This document shows positions 37,801 through 51,600 of a DNA stretch of 64,000 nt, one piece after another. Where the stretch lies: the NCBI GenBank assembly GCA_040954595.2, contig CM082581.2, positions 4,828,699 through 4,892,698 of the forward strand, given 5' to 3'. The notes under the pieces are model-generated. The model did no database searches, was not told the origin of the DNA, and saw only the letters and a program-made list of their open reading frames with translations. The DNA is from Balanoglossus misakiensis (taxonomy: Eukaryota; Animalia; Hemichordata). The position numbers were made by a program, and so were the translations under genes. How positions within the stretch are numbered: the first letter of the stretch is position 1; every line of letters starts with the position of its first letter.

Positions 37801-39582
37801 CTTTCGAAAGAAATGGGTCTGATGTGCCGCGTTGGATTTTTGTAATTTTCAAGGGGTGTAAATGTACAGTGTTTTATGTTTGAGAGGCGGTTCTTCTCTC
37901 TCTAGACTGTGGGCCTTGGCTGCATGCATGCATGCAACAAACAAGATCTGTTTTCTGGAGGGCATGATAATACTTTCGTCTCGGAAACTGCTTTTTTTAC
38001 TCCACGAGGCACGTATCTGACTGGATTAACGGCGACCTCCTCGCAGAGGTCGCAGACAACATGCGAAGGGACGAAGAAGACAGAAGTTTAATCATCTTCC
38101 ACGTGAACCTAATGAGGCATCTAGATGAACCACGGCGACTGACGAACGTCAACAGAGAGGACCGCTTTTAATCTAGCAAAGTGTATGCTTGCATTTTTTT
38201 ACCGTCCGTTGCTAAAATACATTGAAATCGGGTTCAGAGCTTTCCAGGCTGCGGTTGTGTCGTGTCATGCAACCACAGCAACTGCGCGTCTTTCGCGCGT
38301 GTACTTATCTTAATTAGATACAAATATAGAATTATTAACATTACTTCTAATATATACTCTGGCGTGACATCTGATCTGGACAACAGTGTTTTACATAAAG
38401 TACGAATACTTAAAATCTCGCGTTCGACTTTTTTTTTCTGGGCAGATTATGCGGAGCAATTAAATCATAATTATGGTCCTATAGACGCGTAAGTCTTTGT
38501 AGAAATCCCAAATATCCTGGTTGCATAATAATCTTGAAGTTCGACACGGGTATAGATTCGCGGTGGCGCTCTATCCGAAATACCCTCGCCTTTCAGTAGG
38601 CCAGAAAGACAGAGCGATGTGTCGAGCAATGGAATTTTCAAATAGGGACATGATTTAGGGGACGATATCTACTCCAAGGACAAGGATTATGTGGCCTATA
38701 CGTATCTACGTGGGGGGATTATACCATATGACATCATGAACGATGCCTTGTTCTACACCGTCTATCTACAAACGAAGGAAAATCTCCCTCAAAAGTCAGC
38801 CCCATTTTAACATCCATTAAAATTATGAAAGCGTCGCCAAGGTAACAGAGAAAGCGAAATATCCCCCGAAACTTAAGTAAAGGCAAAGATTGCGCTCTGT
38901 ACGATATGCAACATGACCTGCTAGTATGATGAATGTAAGCTCAGATTCTACAGGTTAATGCCCCTCTCGGAGAATACTTTTAAGCATGTCCCTGGGAACT
39001 AAAAACTATCCATTCAATTTGTAAGCACCGAAATGAATGGTGCATTGGGGTTAATGTTTAAATCTACTAAGGTTTAAAATGTATACTTGAAAGACGAACA
39101 GACGGTTTGATTGCATGTAGACTGAGGGGCTAGACGAACAGGGGTAAGTGAACTTTTTTGGTCATTACAGTATTAATCGATGGCTAATACGCAATATTTG
39201 CGTACTGGAGAATTCAATATGAATGGCATATTACCTAAAGAGCGCGTATTAAGGTAGTTGGAATTCCTTGCCCTTATTCCACGAAGGCTTCACATCACGT
39301 GTTCAATTCGGTGGGCTTTGCCGGGGCAAGCTCAGGGCGCCAGTCAGTACCGCCAAAACAACGACATTCCCGCCGGTGACCTCTTTGATTTCCTTGCTTG
39401 ATGTTCCATCACTGAAGTGATTTCAGTGACAACAGGAAAGAACTTGTACGTGTAGAGACTTTCATAAACTGTGACTGATGTCTTGAGTCAGATCAATTTA
39501 ACTTTGATGGAACATATTTAGTGTTTCCAGGAAAATCGTGTTATAAGTAGTATAATATATATATACAATAAACAATAAATAC

Positions 39583-40183
39583 ACATACATACATACATAC
39601 ATACATACATACATACATACATACATACATACATACATACATACATACATACATACATACATACATACATACATACATACATACATACATACATACATAC
39701 ATACATACATACATACATACATACAGTACATACAGTACATACATACATACATGCATACATGCATACATACATACATACATACATGTACATACATACATAC
39801 ATACATACATACATACATACATACATACATACATACATACATACATACATACATACATACATACATACATACATACATACATACATACATACATACATAC
39901 AGTACATACAGTATATACATACATACATACATACATACATACATACATACATACATACATACATACATACATACATACATACATACATACATACATACAT
40001 ACGTACATACGTACATACATACATACATACATACATACATACATACATACATACATACATACATACATACATACATACATACAGTACATACAGTACATAC
40101 AGTACATACATACATACATACATACATACATACATACATACATACATACATACATACATACATACATACATACATACATACAT

Positions 40184-40216
<33 letters not shown>

Positions 40217-40220
40217 TACA
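39583..40220. repeat. Long interrupted (CATA)n microsatellite
   Basis: ~640 bp with CAGTA interruptions, ending in (CA)n. Confidence 0.98.
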
Positions 40221-43121
40221 CTATCACACAGATGGGGACATGCGCATGTTTCTGACATGCTAGCACGTCTATACACGATCCTCATACAATGTAAGATTGA
40301 TTGATACAACTGAAATGGTTTGCGCTGTCAGTAGAATACGCTGGTCGCCGATAAATGCTTGCAAACGACACCGGATAGCTTTAAGAATCCGAACTCGTTT
40401 GAAATTCACGAAAGCGCCACGTTTTACATTTAATACCACGGACGTCTGATTTTATTTATATTTCCAACAATCCCGTTTAATGGGACACCCATTGCAGTCA
40501 ATGAAAAGTTGTAAAATTTTACTAAACCAATTTCCTGCGTCGTTACGTTGTCTGAATGGAAGACAAGGATTGACACTTATAGGAGCATCCAGGCAGTTTG
40601 TGATACGAACGGTTTTTCTCTCTCCGTCGATTGCCTGCATTTAAAGCTGCCAAGATTTCAATTTTGGGGAGTCAGGGCGGATGTTTGAAAACTATCACTT
40701 AGTAGCTGCGTGGCTGTAGAACACTTTTCAAATCAAGCGCCAAGGAATGTGCGCGCAATGTGTCGTCTGAAGCTCAATAAATAACAGACAAAAGAAACAT
40801 TTCCTCTTTGTGCCTACATAGAAAGCCTCCATATAACTGTTGTACTTGAACATGAGACAACATTATTAAAGTACACGTGCTTTTAAATTAAATTCTGCAG
40901 CGTAGGAATGAGGGGTTAGGGTCCGCCATTTTTGAACACAGTGGACATTAAAGAAATTGCCTGTTAAATTCATTCAGTGGGAAAGCAGCCACGTATACGG
41001 GATGATTACTAAACACATGTAAATGGCGGAGATTAAGAAGGCCAGTGTAATGTACATGTATAGGCGGGAGATAACAGCATTTGAAATTAATACATATATT
41101 TTGCAATGTTGTCCGGTTTGCGTACAAGACCATGGGAGCCCAAACTATGCCATTCCATCGAACATTGGGGAAAATTTCAAGAAGGCGGAAGACAGGTTAG
41201 AAGCCACGAAATCAAAGGCGCACAGCTTTCCGAGTTGATGTGAAAAGGTATAGCCGGCTTCGATGTTCAATATACAGATTATTGGTCTGAGGATTTCGCG
41301 CTAATGTAATCAGTAAATCTCACTGACGGCTCGGGGACACGGAGAAAGAGATATATATTAATATGCTTTGGGAAATACTCCAATTCGAAAAGAAAAGAAG
41401 ATCTCGTGATGGGCTTTATGTCAAATGTACTCTGACATGATTGGCTTGTAAGAGAAGTCTTAGCTTCAGCCTCCAGCGATAAACAAACTTAACGTTCATC
41501 AAGACAGGGTAACAAGTGGCAGGGGCAGACGGCCTTCTCCGAAATGCAGACAGACAATGTTTCTCAGAATCCAACGGATTGTCGGATACTCAATTACATA
41601 CATGTAGGACATAAGACGCGGCATTTTCCATATAACACTAATCTTTGTTTCTTTGGAATTTAGAATCCGGGCGGTAGATTTTGGAGACATGACGCACATT
41701 CAATGGCTTATAGTTCAATAAATTGACTCCGTTCATTCACACGGTGGCATTTTTCGAATAAAAAGGAGCAATGCACATTTTGTCTTTGTTATCTTTACTA
41801 CCATAAATATCACAGGGATATTAAAGAAATATTATGCCTAAAATACCAAAACGTTGGATATCATGTATACTATTTCGACGTAATAAGAACGTAACATAGG
41901 ACATATGTCTCATCCAATTACTAGTATGTATGCTTTATATCCAGTGAGATAGACAGGGCCTTTTCAATTCTACAGATATAGAAAATGAATGAGGTATTAA
42001 TTTCTGGGGAAATGTAGTATGTTTTCTGACTGAATAATTGCTGGCAACATTTATTGCTAGGTTTTGAAACGTATCATACCGAATTGATGGATTTCGATTT
42101 TCAAAATCTTGTCACTGAACATCTGTTTTGAAGCCGAGAACATTTAACTTACGACGGATTGCGCTTTTCAACAAACAGTACGCTTTACGGCCAATATGGG
42201 TACAAACACACGTGAAAAGTTATCCATATTGGAGACGACAAAATCCTGGTCCTAATTGATAGGTTAACATTTTAAAAACATTTTGCGCTTGCCACTTAAA
42301 TCTGGAATCAAATGAAAGACTCGACCCAGCATTCTTTACGCTGAAACATGCGCGTCAAATCACCCTACCGGAAGTACAGGTAAGCGTACGTGCTTGCTTG
42401 CTTGCTTGCTTGAACTGTGGGATTCGCCGTATGACTTGCCACAGTCAATGTAAACAAACGAACAAACACTGACAAACGCAGTCAATATATTACATTCGAA
42501 AGTCAATGCGACTCAAGCACGCATGCCTGTACCGGTAAAGCGTGGGTCATGTCTCAATCCTAACTTTAGGATTTTGGAGGGTAAAGATGACGAGAAGAAT
42601 TAAACTCTCCGATATATCTCGAGTACCAGGTGTCTCCTGCAAAATGTTGACATCTCTCTCTATACACAGTTCAGAACCCAAAGCAGCTCTCCTTATTCTG
42701 TCATTCTAAATTGATGTAATGACAAATACCTAGAATTGGCTCTACTCTCTGCGCTCCGTATCCCCTCAAGTGGATAGCACGCATGCAGCTAAACCATCTG
42801 TTAATTCTGACTCGTCAATTCCTCTTTTGCCGAACATTACTCTGCAGACAGCAGCGCGATCTATCATGTCTTCGCCGCAATTGTCCTCGCGCACATCATT
42901 TTTCAAATCCCTCCGTGGTGTGCCGCTTGACGGGGGCAGGCAGGCCTCGTTGTTTTGCACATGCTATACAATGTATGTTCATCTCAAAGGTCATGGAACT
43001 ATTATACATTTGATGAATTCTGATTGACGTTTTGCCTTCGCGCGTTGCATTGGGATGAAGTCCCTAGTCGCTGTGCTCAGCATTGTAGAAGCATTCCTCA
43101 AAGCATGGTTGCATTTGTTTC

Positions 43122-45609
43122 TTTAGGGGCACAAGCCTATCGGGCTTGTGCCCCTATTGGTATTGTTGGAATTTTTCTTATTAGGGCCCAAGCCCAGCAG
43201 GCTTGGGCCCTATTGTTTTTACTGGAGTTTTTCTTTTTCTTCTTCTTCTTCTTCTTCTTCTGTCGTTTTTTCGGCCAGGTAGATCTGGAAAACGGCTAAA
43301 CCTACCAATTTCAAACTTGGCACAATGGTGCAGGCCAATGAGAGCTAGTGCAGTACCCTTGTGAATGTATAATTAGTCACGTGACCTGATGACCATATAA
43401 GGACAAAATTTTCAAATTGGCCTTATTTGCATATGAATGGACATATCAAAATTCTTTTAGCAAGTTTTACGGACCATATGGCCAGAGTTCTACATGCCAA
43501 ATGTCAAGGCCATAGGCCATGTCAATTTTGATAAGAAGATTTTTAAGTATTATTTTTCATATTTTTCGCCCAAGCCATGGGCCTATACCTTACATAGTAA
43601 AGCTATGAACACATATTATTTTGGATAAATATGCATACATATCTCAAAATCTGTAAGGCCGATCATCTCCAACTTTGGTGTGCAGCAAGCCTAGCATTTG
43701 TCAATAATTTTAAGCAAAAAAAAATAATATGAAAAATCGACCGATTTTTTTATATTAATTTTTTTATTAAATTTATACCTTTACTTATACCTCTATGGTT
43801 AAGCTATGTCCATGTCTTATTGTGGAATTCTTCTGGTCTGTGCAATGTACAGTGACTGTCTATTGGTCAGTGAGCACAATGGCACCAAAATAAAAGGCAA
43901 AATTTTAGGCTCACCTGTAACACCTGCTTAACTCATTAATTATGTGCATACCTAATTCTGGGCTAACTAAGAGGGCTAGAGGTTTCGTTCTTGTGCGACA
44001 TGGACCAGTATAGGGTAAAAATTTCTTGGCCAAATTTTGGGTGACCTCAGGTGACCTTTGACCTACTTTCCTATATCTCGGCATCCAGAGAAGGTACACA
44101 CTTGGCGTTTGGAGAGTTGGGACTAAAATTGAAAAGCCAAAATGGAGGTCACCTGTGACACCTGCATATCTGATTAATTATGTGCATACCTAATTCCAGG
44201 CTAACCAATAGGGCTATAGGTTTGGTTTTTGTTGAACATGGACCAGTATAGGGTCAAAATTTCTTGCCCAAATTTTGCATGACCTCAGGTGACCTTTGAC
44301 CTACTTTACCATATCTTGGCATCCAGGGCAGATATGCTTATTGCTATGTTGCTATGTGCTATGTGCTATGTTGGCTTGGGCCCGCTATTGCTGCTTGCAG
44401 CTATATTTATTATTATTCTTCTTCTTCCGAGAAATATGTCATTGTACATCTGGAAAACCGCAGCACCTAGGGGGCTGAAACTTGGTAGGGTGGTAGGGGC
44501 TAATGAGTAGATGTGCAGTGGCTCGTGAATATTTAATTAGTCACGTGACCTGGCGGCCATATTGGATTTCCTGAAAATGGTTCAACGAGTCCTTCTCAAA
44601 AACCACTGGGCCTATCGAGTTCAAATTTGGTGTCCAGGTAGCCTACCTTCTGTCCATCATTTTACCCCCTTGAAATCATGACGTCACACATAAAGTTTTT
44701 TTGCTACAATTTTTTTTCTGAAAAACTACTTAAAACTTTAAAAATCTTCTTCTCCAGAACCAGCGGTTACCGAGTCACGGGATTTGGGATATGTGGTCAC
44801 CTAACCTATGTCTATCAAGTTTGCGAGGCGCACTGTGATTGGTCAATCATTATGGCGGCCATGTTGGATTTTCGGAAAACCATTGAAAAATGAAAATTCC
44901 GTTTAGTAGCCAAAATGTTGACATCACGTAAATTCTTTTTTTGGATATGAGTCATCATATGACCGGAAGTTGTCACAATTTTTCGGGGCAATTTTCACAT
45001 GACCTTTGACCCAGTTTTAAAACAACTAATTATATATGCATATTCCCCATACCGCCTCTTGTAAAAGCACCACAGTCATGAATCTTGTGGACAGGGGTAC
45101 CAATGCTGCCAGGACATTTCACAAATATTTTGGTAATTTTGGCAATGACCTTTGACCTATTTCTGACACATCATTTTTCTGCATACCTAATTCCATGCTA
45201 ACCAATAGGGCTAGAGATCTGGTATTGGTTGGACATGGTCCACTCTGGGGTCAAAATTTTATGCCCTAATTTTGGGTGACCTTGGGAGACCTTTGATCTA
45301 CTTTTCCATATCTCAGCAACCAGAGCAGTTAGAGCCCTGGCTTTTATGGTGATTGAGCACATAATGGAGTCTTACACAAGACCTCATTAATTATGCGCAT
45401 ACCTAATTGCAGGCGAACCAATAGGGCTAGGGGTCTGGTTTTTTGTTGGATCTAGATTAGTATGGGACCCAATTTTTTTGCCAAATTTTGGGGTGACCTC
45501 AGGTGACCTACTTTCCCATAACTTGGTATCCCCAGCAGATACAGCCTTGGCACTTGCTGGTCACCATGGGAACCGCTTGTGCCCCGCCAACGCTGCTTGC
45601 AGCTTTAAT
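43122..45609 (+). mobile_element. Helentron/HINE-like element family A, interrupted by a family B element
   Basis: Same termini as the 53961-55234 copy; matches it at 43122-43178 and resumes at about 44408. Confidence 0.8.
43179..44407 (+). mobile_element. Helentron/HINE-like element family B, nested in family A
   Basis: 5' GGGCCCAAGC-ccagcag-GCTTGGGCCC palindrome, (TTC)n tract, 3' GCTTGGGCCC plus GCTGCTTGCAGC hairpin; inserted in a T-rich run with no TSD; two internal ~240-bp repeat units (about 43910-44090 and 44150-44330). Confidence 0.8.
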
Positions 45610-48600
45610 CTTTTATTTGTCCTTGCTGCAGGTTTGGTTTGTCTGAGCGCCTTGTTTCTGTGAATCCCATTAGCGCACTTAGCACGATGGGACTGAGGAT
45701 TACATTCAAGTTGGTTTCAAGTACAGCATGAGTATTGATGATCAGGAATGGCGCGAACTTGACTTACAAAACTTAACATAATATCTTGCCTTGCACCATC
45801 ATTGTTATCTTATCAACGAAAATAAAATTTGAAGATGAGCGTATTGCAAGGGACTCAGAAGTTATTTTGACAAGGGCAGTCAAAGTAAAGATGTTCCAAA
45901 CCAAAATATGTTTTGGCCTATTCAGCAAATCTCTGCGTGGGTCTTTAATGAACGGCAACAAATCATGGTTATTTGCCGTCCTTTACATATAAGGACGCAA
46001 AATATATTGGTTCGCTAAGGTATAGATCTGATATGTTCGAAGTGACAATAGTCAAATAGGGCACTGCAACCGTTCTTAAAAGTCCACGTAACCTATTTCT
46101 TTACTTTTTGCTAATCTTCGTAGGCGGGTTTCGGATTCCGTGTCGTTAAGTCTGTCATTGGCTATGGATTAGGTCGATCAAATTCAGACATATTCGAAAT
46201 AATTGTCATTGTGCAACAATCGCGTGACAAAGAACATAGAGAAATTGTGCTGATGCTCTAATAGTTTCGTGACACCGGCATGAGTATGGGAAACGTACAT
46301 AGTGTTCTCGCGTAATCTGTTCAAAATATGTGACGCGCTATTCTGTACTTTCGGTTTTCCACACTTCAGTCAACACAAGAAATAGTTCCACCAGTACATG
46401 TATGTGTCAATTTAGACTACCTTTAATTTATGAACACAGTATTACCCTATACTTAACAATCAATGAACTCATTCAGTGTGCAAAAACCGTTTCTGGAACA
46501 AAGACCTGTTCTTTAGTAGTTGCTCTTGATTTACCAGCATCACGTGACCTAGACTAAACATTCAAGGTCATGACATTGACAGGTCCTTGACTCACCATTT
46601 TACCGACGACGGGCAAAACGTCATTATATTTTCATCAGTGCAGCATTTCCTGGGGTCTGAAATGTTTTATTGCCATTACCAATATTCAGAAACAGTCACT
46701 TCTTAATTTATTTTAGAAAATGGGTCTTTTCTATATAAGAAAAACCACATACAATATGTACAGCAGATACTTTCTTATACTTATTTACTTACTTACTTAT
46801 TACTTACTGACCCCCATCACAATTTGTGGGAAAAAACCTGTTCGCTCCTTTGAGACAGACCTAGTCACACCCTTTTTACCATATATACAGTCAGGTGTAA
46901 CTTAGATCAAATTGTAGCCATTTTATGCCTCAAGTCTAAGGTCAACTGTAAAGGTAGACTGCCGAAGTAAACTTAGAATTATAAACTTTCTTGCAGATGC
47001 GCCATCAACGCTGTGTAAAACACATTAATTGCAGCCAAGCCTCGTACTCAGGTAAACATCATGGGACGGACGCGGACGTACGCGGACGCTCTGATTCGAT
47101 TTGTAAATCACCTTCTGCGCGTACCTCTAGGGCTGTAATTCTATCATGACGTCAGGTCGACCACATTCTACCAAATGAACACTATGTCAACAAATGTTTG
47201 GTATGATTACACTTTAATTTAATCAAGCTTTTATTTCGATGGTTACAGCAATTTATAGATTTATATCCGTTATTGAATTACTTGTATTAATTTAGTTTTC
47301 TTTCTTTCTTTTGGCATATCCAATAAACTACCATCAGCAAGGGTGCGGAGATCCTTGGCAACGTGCTGCAATGGAAAGGTTTCTTCGGTGCAGTAAAGCA
47401 TTATTTATTGTACGTTTAAAGGTCGCGAGGTCATACGGTCAAACACACTGCTCCTGTTTTTCCGAGAACGTTCATTTAACTTTGTCTCAGGCAAAGTCAG
47501 TTACGGCGATAAATATAAAATGCGCACTGTATCACAGTTGGCAATGAGAACCCATTATTAGAAAAAAATGTAAACAATCACCCGAAAAGATGTTAAAGGA
47601 TTTAGAGTATATTTTCGTAATCGGTGCTGTGTGACTATCGTATACTATACGGAAAGGTTTTAGATTAGATTTAGCTGCACTTGAATTATTTACAGGTCGC
47701 CAGTTGGGAGAGTCTTAGTGCACGATATATTGTGATCGATTTATTTAACATTTTATTGCCTTAATTCTCGATGGTTTATCTAGACGCTGATCTAGGATTC
47801 GTGGTGTTTTTACAAGTCGCCTGTTTCGTTTAGTTAAAAGTCGAAATCGCTGTGGCAAGATAAGTATTTGTCCTTGCCGCGTTAGACCCTATACAGTGTC
47901 CCTCCGGACAGTTTAATCTATTTTTATCCAGCGGTGATAAAAGAGTCCACTTCGTGACTCTGCTTAGTTTTTTGCCGGAGACATTTCAATCTTATCCAAT
48001 AAACGTGGAAACTGTCGAGTAATTGTCCTACTAACACATTCAAAGTAGGCCTGAGTCCTCGACAGTGTCTCCAGCGCTGCTCTCCGCGACACACGCGCCC
48101 TAAAACGCTTCTATTATACCCTGTGGGAATAATGGGCCCAATAAAGTCGAGTAACAGCACATTCGTGATTGAATCCCCAAGTCATTGAGAGTCAGAGCCT
48201 TGCCCGGGTGCCCCTCACAGGACGCCGTTTGACAAATTAAGCTGTCTCTGTTTGGACGTATTCATCCCATAATATATTTGTATTTTCCCTCCGTGGACAG
48301 GTGAGGTTTATTTGTTGTCCTAAAGCTTAAAGCGGAGTTGATCTGCCTCTTACGTGAGACTGGGCCCAGCTGAATGGTAATTTCTGAAGGGCACGGAGGC
48401 AGAATTAGTCTTTGCGACTGACTGACACCGGACCAGGTGTATATCCACCACGGTTTGTCAGTCGCTGAGGTTAGACTTAAGCTTATCGACGAATGTTCCT
48501 ATCCGCAATGATATATATATCCTCACGTCTTCATAAAATCGCGATGATGATACATTCTTGGAAAACACGAAAAACATGCGAATATCGCATTTCTTCTAAT

Positions 48601-51600
48601 ACCTTTCCTTCTTTCATTCCCATGTCACGGATTCTTAAACCCTGTCACGTGACGAATGCTTGGAATATTGTATAACACGGGATGAGCGTTCAGCCCTGTT
48701 ACATCCGGAGGATGAAGTGCTGTATGTCAATTTTCTGTCTGAAATATAAATATATCCAAGTTTCTGCATTGAATACAGAGAGCAAGTATTTGAATAGACA
48801 GAGAGCAAAGTCAGGGCAAGTATTTCAATGTAACGTACGGATCACATTATCTCTGCGTGCGCGGGCTGTGTGTGGTGTGTATAGGCATTGCCATAAGACA
48901 CACAACCATTCCACGTAGAGCTGGGATCACAGACGGGTAACGTTAAATTCTACATTCCAACCAAGTGAGCTAAAATTAAAATCTCTCACGAGACAGACAC
49001 ACTTTATATCATCAAACGCGACCATGTTGAATATTGACAAACCCAGTTGATTTTTTTACAAGTTAATTGATTTCAGCTGAATGTTTTCAGCAATTAGCCA
49101 CTGGCTGGCGATTCATAAAATTTAAATCAATCAGCCTCGACGTTTAAAGAACAATTAATGAAAAGCCCAATCAGACAAACAGTCACCATGGCACGCAAGC
49201 CAGTTAACAACCGACTCTGCCTGGCGACTCCACGGGAAGAATGTATCCATCATGAGATGGAATTCTTTGGCGTGGAGAATCTACCATCAGCTAACCACTT
49301 GTCTGTTATTTCATTCGTGTCCATGTTTATTAAATTTTCCCCAAAGCAGTGTGTATAGGCCTACATGTATGTGTATACTGGGCCGACCGCCGTGTCTGTA
49401 CTAGAGCCAAGAGTCAGAAATTCTAGCGCCGATTTCCGACAGCTGTGGCCGAAACTAATTGGTACCATAAAACAAAGCACCGTAACTGTATTTAACGGGA
49501 ACATCAAACACCTGTACGAACACGCTGCTTTTCTGAAGTGTCTCGCGATGAAAGAGACGATTGGAATGAGGGCGCTCGCACAGGCAGCATGATAGAATTC
49601 ATAGCTTAGCTTGACTGCTGCATTGAACGATAGAAAACACAGTGAGAAATATGTAAAATCTCAGGCGTGAAAACATATCAGAAATAACGAAATGTGACGT
49701 TAATAGATGAGTTCCATGTGAGGCGATGCTTACCATGAATCCACGCATGTAAATTTCAACTACCGGTGAAATATACATGCGCCACCTTGCATCATCGTCC
49801 CCCCATGATAAATGCTGAAACATTTCACGCATCGCTATTTCCACAGCTGCAACTTTCCTGACATAACAGGAAATCGGAATTACACCGGGATGATGGATAG
49901 GAAATTCATAAACTCTCACACAATTAACATTTGGTCTTTTCCCCCGAGTCATCGATTACCAAGCGCACTAAAAACGAAAATGCATAAAAATAAAATACAT
50001 ACACGCCGTCGTGTGACTCGGGGAAATTGACAAGCCGCGCGTTATAAAGGATGTGCATCACGCGAAGTATTGCAGGTGATTTGCATTGTTACAGTGGGTC
50101 TTTACACGTAATCGAGCGACAAACGCGCTGTTCACTTTACTGGAATACTGGATAGAATGTACAACGTGCAGCATACTTCGGAGTGTATTTAGCGTTCAGT
50201 AATATTAACACACACTGGTTTAGTCGGTTTCCGTTAGATTTTGTGACAGTGTTTATAGTAATCCGGAGCAGCCAAACTTTTTAGCAAGAATTAAAACGGA
50301 AAATAATGAAAGGTGATTGTCGCAGCGTGGAACTTTTGAACGACTTTCGTGTCATCACTGACGTCTACCGTTTGTCTCCATCCAAAGAACACGAATTTAT
50401 TACTTTCTCGATGACTTTGTATAACCGGTTATACGATGAAATCTTGACAAATAATTGAAGCGTAACTGTCTGTTTTCTCTCATCTAAGAGGGGTGACAGG
50501 CGAGCACGACAGAGTGACGTCGACACATCACGTGGGATTTGTGATTCCTGTCTGTAGACGACAAGTGTGTAAACGATGGCCCTAATGAGATTGTCGGGGC
50601 ATCAGATAAACAAATTTCCATACTCTCAGCAGATGAGCCATGAGAGACGGACTGTGTACACAGACACATTTGACTGCAAGTTATTCGAGTCAAGGGCATA
50701 GGTTCCGGTTTCCCCGAGAATATTGCTGTTTGCGATAAAGTTTGCCCAGTTGCGCGGTGGATGAGGAATAAAATCAATACCATAAGCGTCTGCGTGTTCC
50801 TGTCGCTTTTCGGGCGCCAAAGCAAAAGCGGTCTCGTTTAGCTTGGTTTGCAATTAAAGATGATTTGACGAGAACCTGCATGAATTACTAGATTCCAGTT
50901 GTTGACAGCCAGTCAATAATGCTATACTTAACTGTCTACTCTGACATACATTGCATTGTAAATACAGTAAGGTTGCACACACAGGTAGATATAACCGTGT
51001 TAGGTAAACGATACACTAGTTAACATAAGTGTAATGGCCATCTTACCAGGACAAGAGATTTAATAGAATTTTTGGTCTGGAGATGTTATCTTTTCACTGA
51101 AAGTGCACGTAATATCGATTATTTAAATCGGACAATCTTGACTGGCAGTAGAAACGGAAAGACGCTGTAATTTTAGAGCCAGAAATCACTGAATAACTCC
51201 ACTGGTTCATTTTCCAATGAAGGCACGCCCAGCTGCATTTTTTTGGCTGCTGCTTTTAGTTTAAACATTCTGTCAGAAATGTTCTTCGACGAAAACTTGA
51301 TTGAGTATGTATTCTTTTTCTGAGTCCGGGGAACGAACTGCTGCGAACTAGCATATTTTTTCAGGCCACTGTGGATATCGATTTACGTAAAAACAGTACA
51401 GCCATCAGGAAGATTGTATCCTAAATTCAATTTTCTCCGGCTAAATCACATATTCTGAGCTATCGACCGTATTTCGATCTCCTTCAAACAAACAAGTTGC
51501 CGTAAAGATCCGCGTGGAATTGAGCAAAAAATACGAATCCACCGACAATCCCATGGGTGGTGCCGTGGCAGATTCCAAAACTCTTAAGTAATCACTCCCC

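Larger units (their letters stand above)
42900..45800 (+). pseudogene. Possible degraded ankyrin-repeat gene interrupted by the HINE nest
   Basis: Fragments SLFCTCY..KGHGTIIHLM, RALHW and IVEAFL/KHGC left of the insertion; TA*VLMIRNGANLTYKT*HN/LALHH right of it. Confidence 0.3.

Noticed and set aside
5787-40309. Long ORFs of MYVC/HTYI/PACL/FIHS repeats (5.8, 11.1, 14.7, 25.2, 39.5 kb)
   Set aside because: They are translations of stop-free tetranucleotide microsatellites, open in several frames at once.
40950-41700. Coding-like composition with short ORFs
   Set aside because: No recognisable motif in the frames I read, so no call can be supported.
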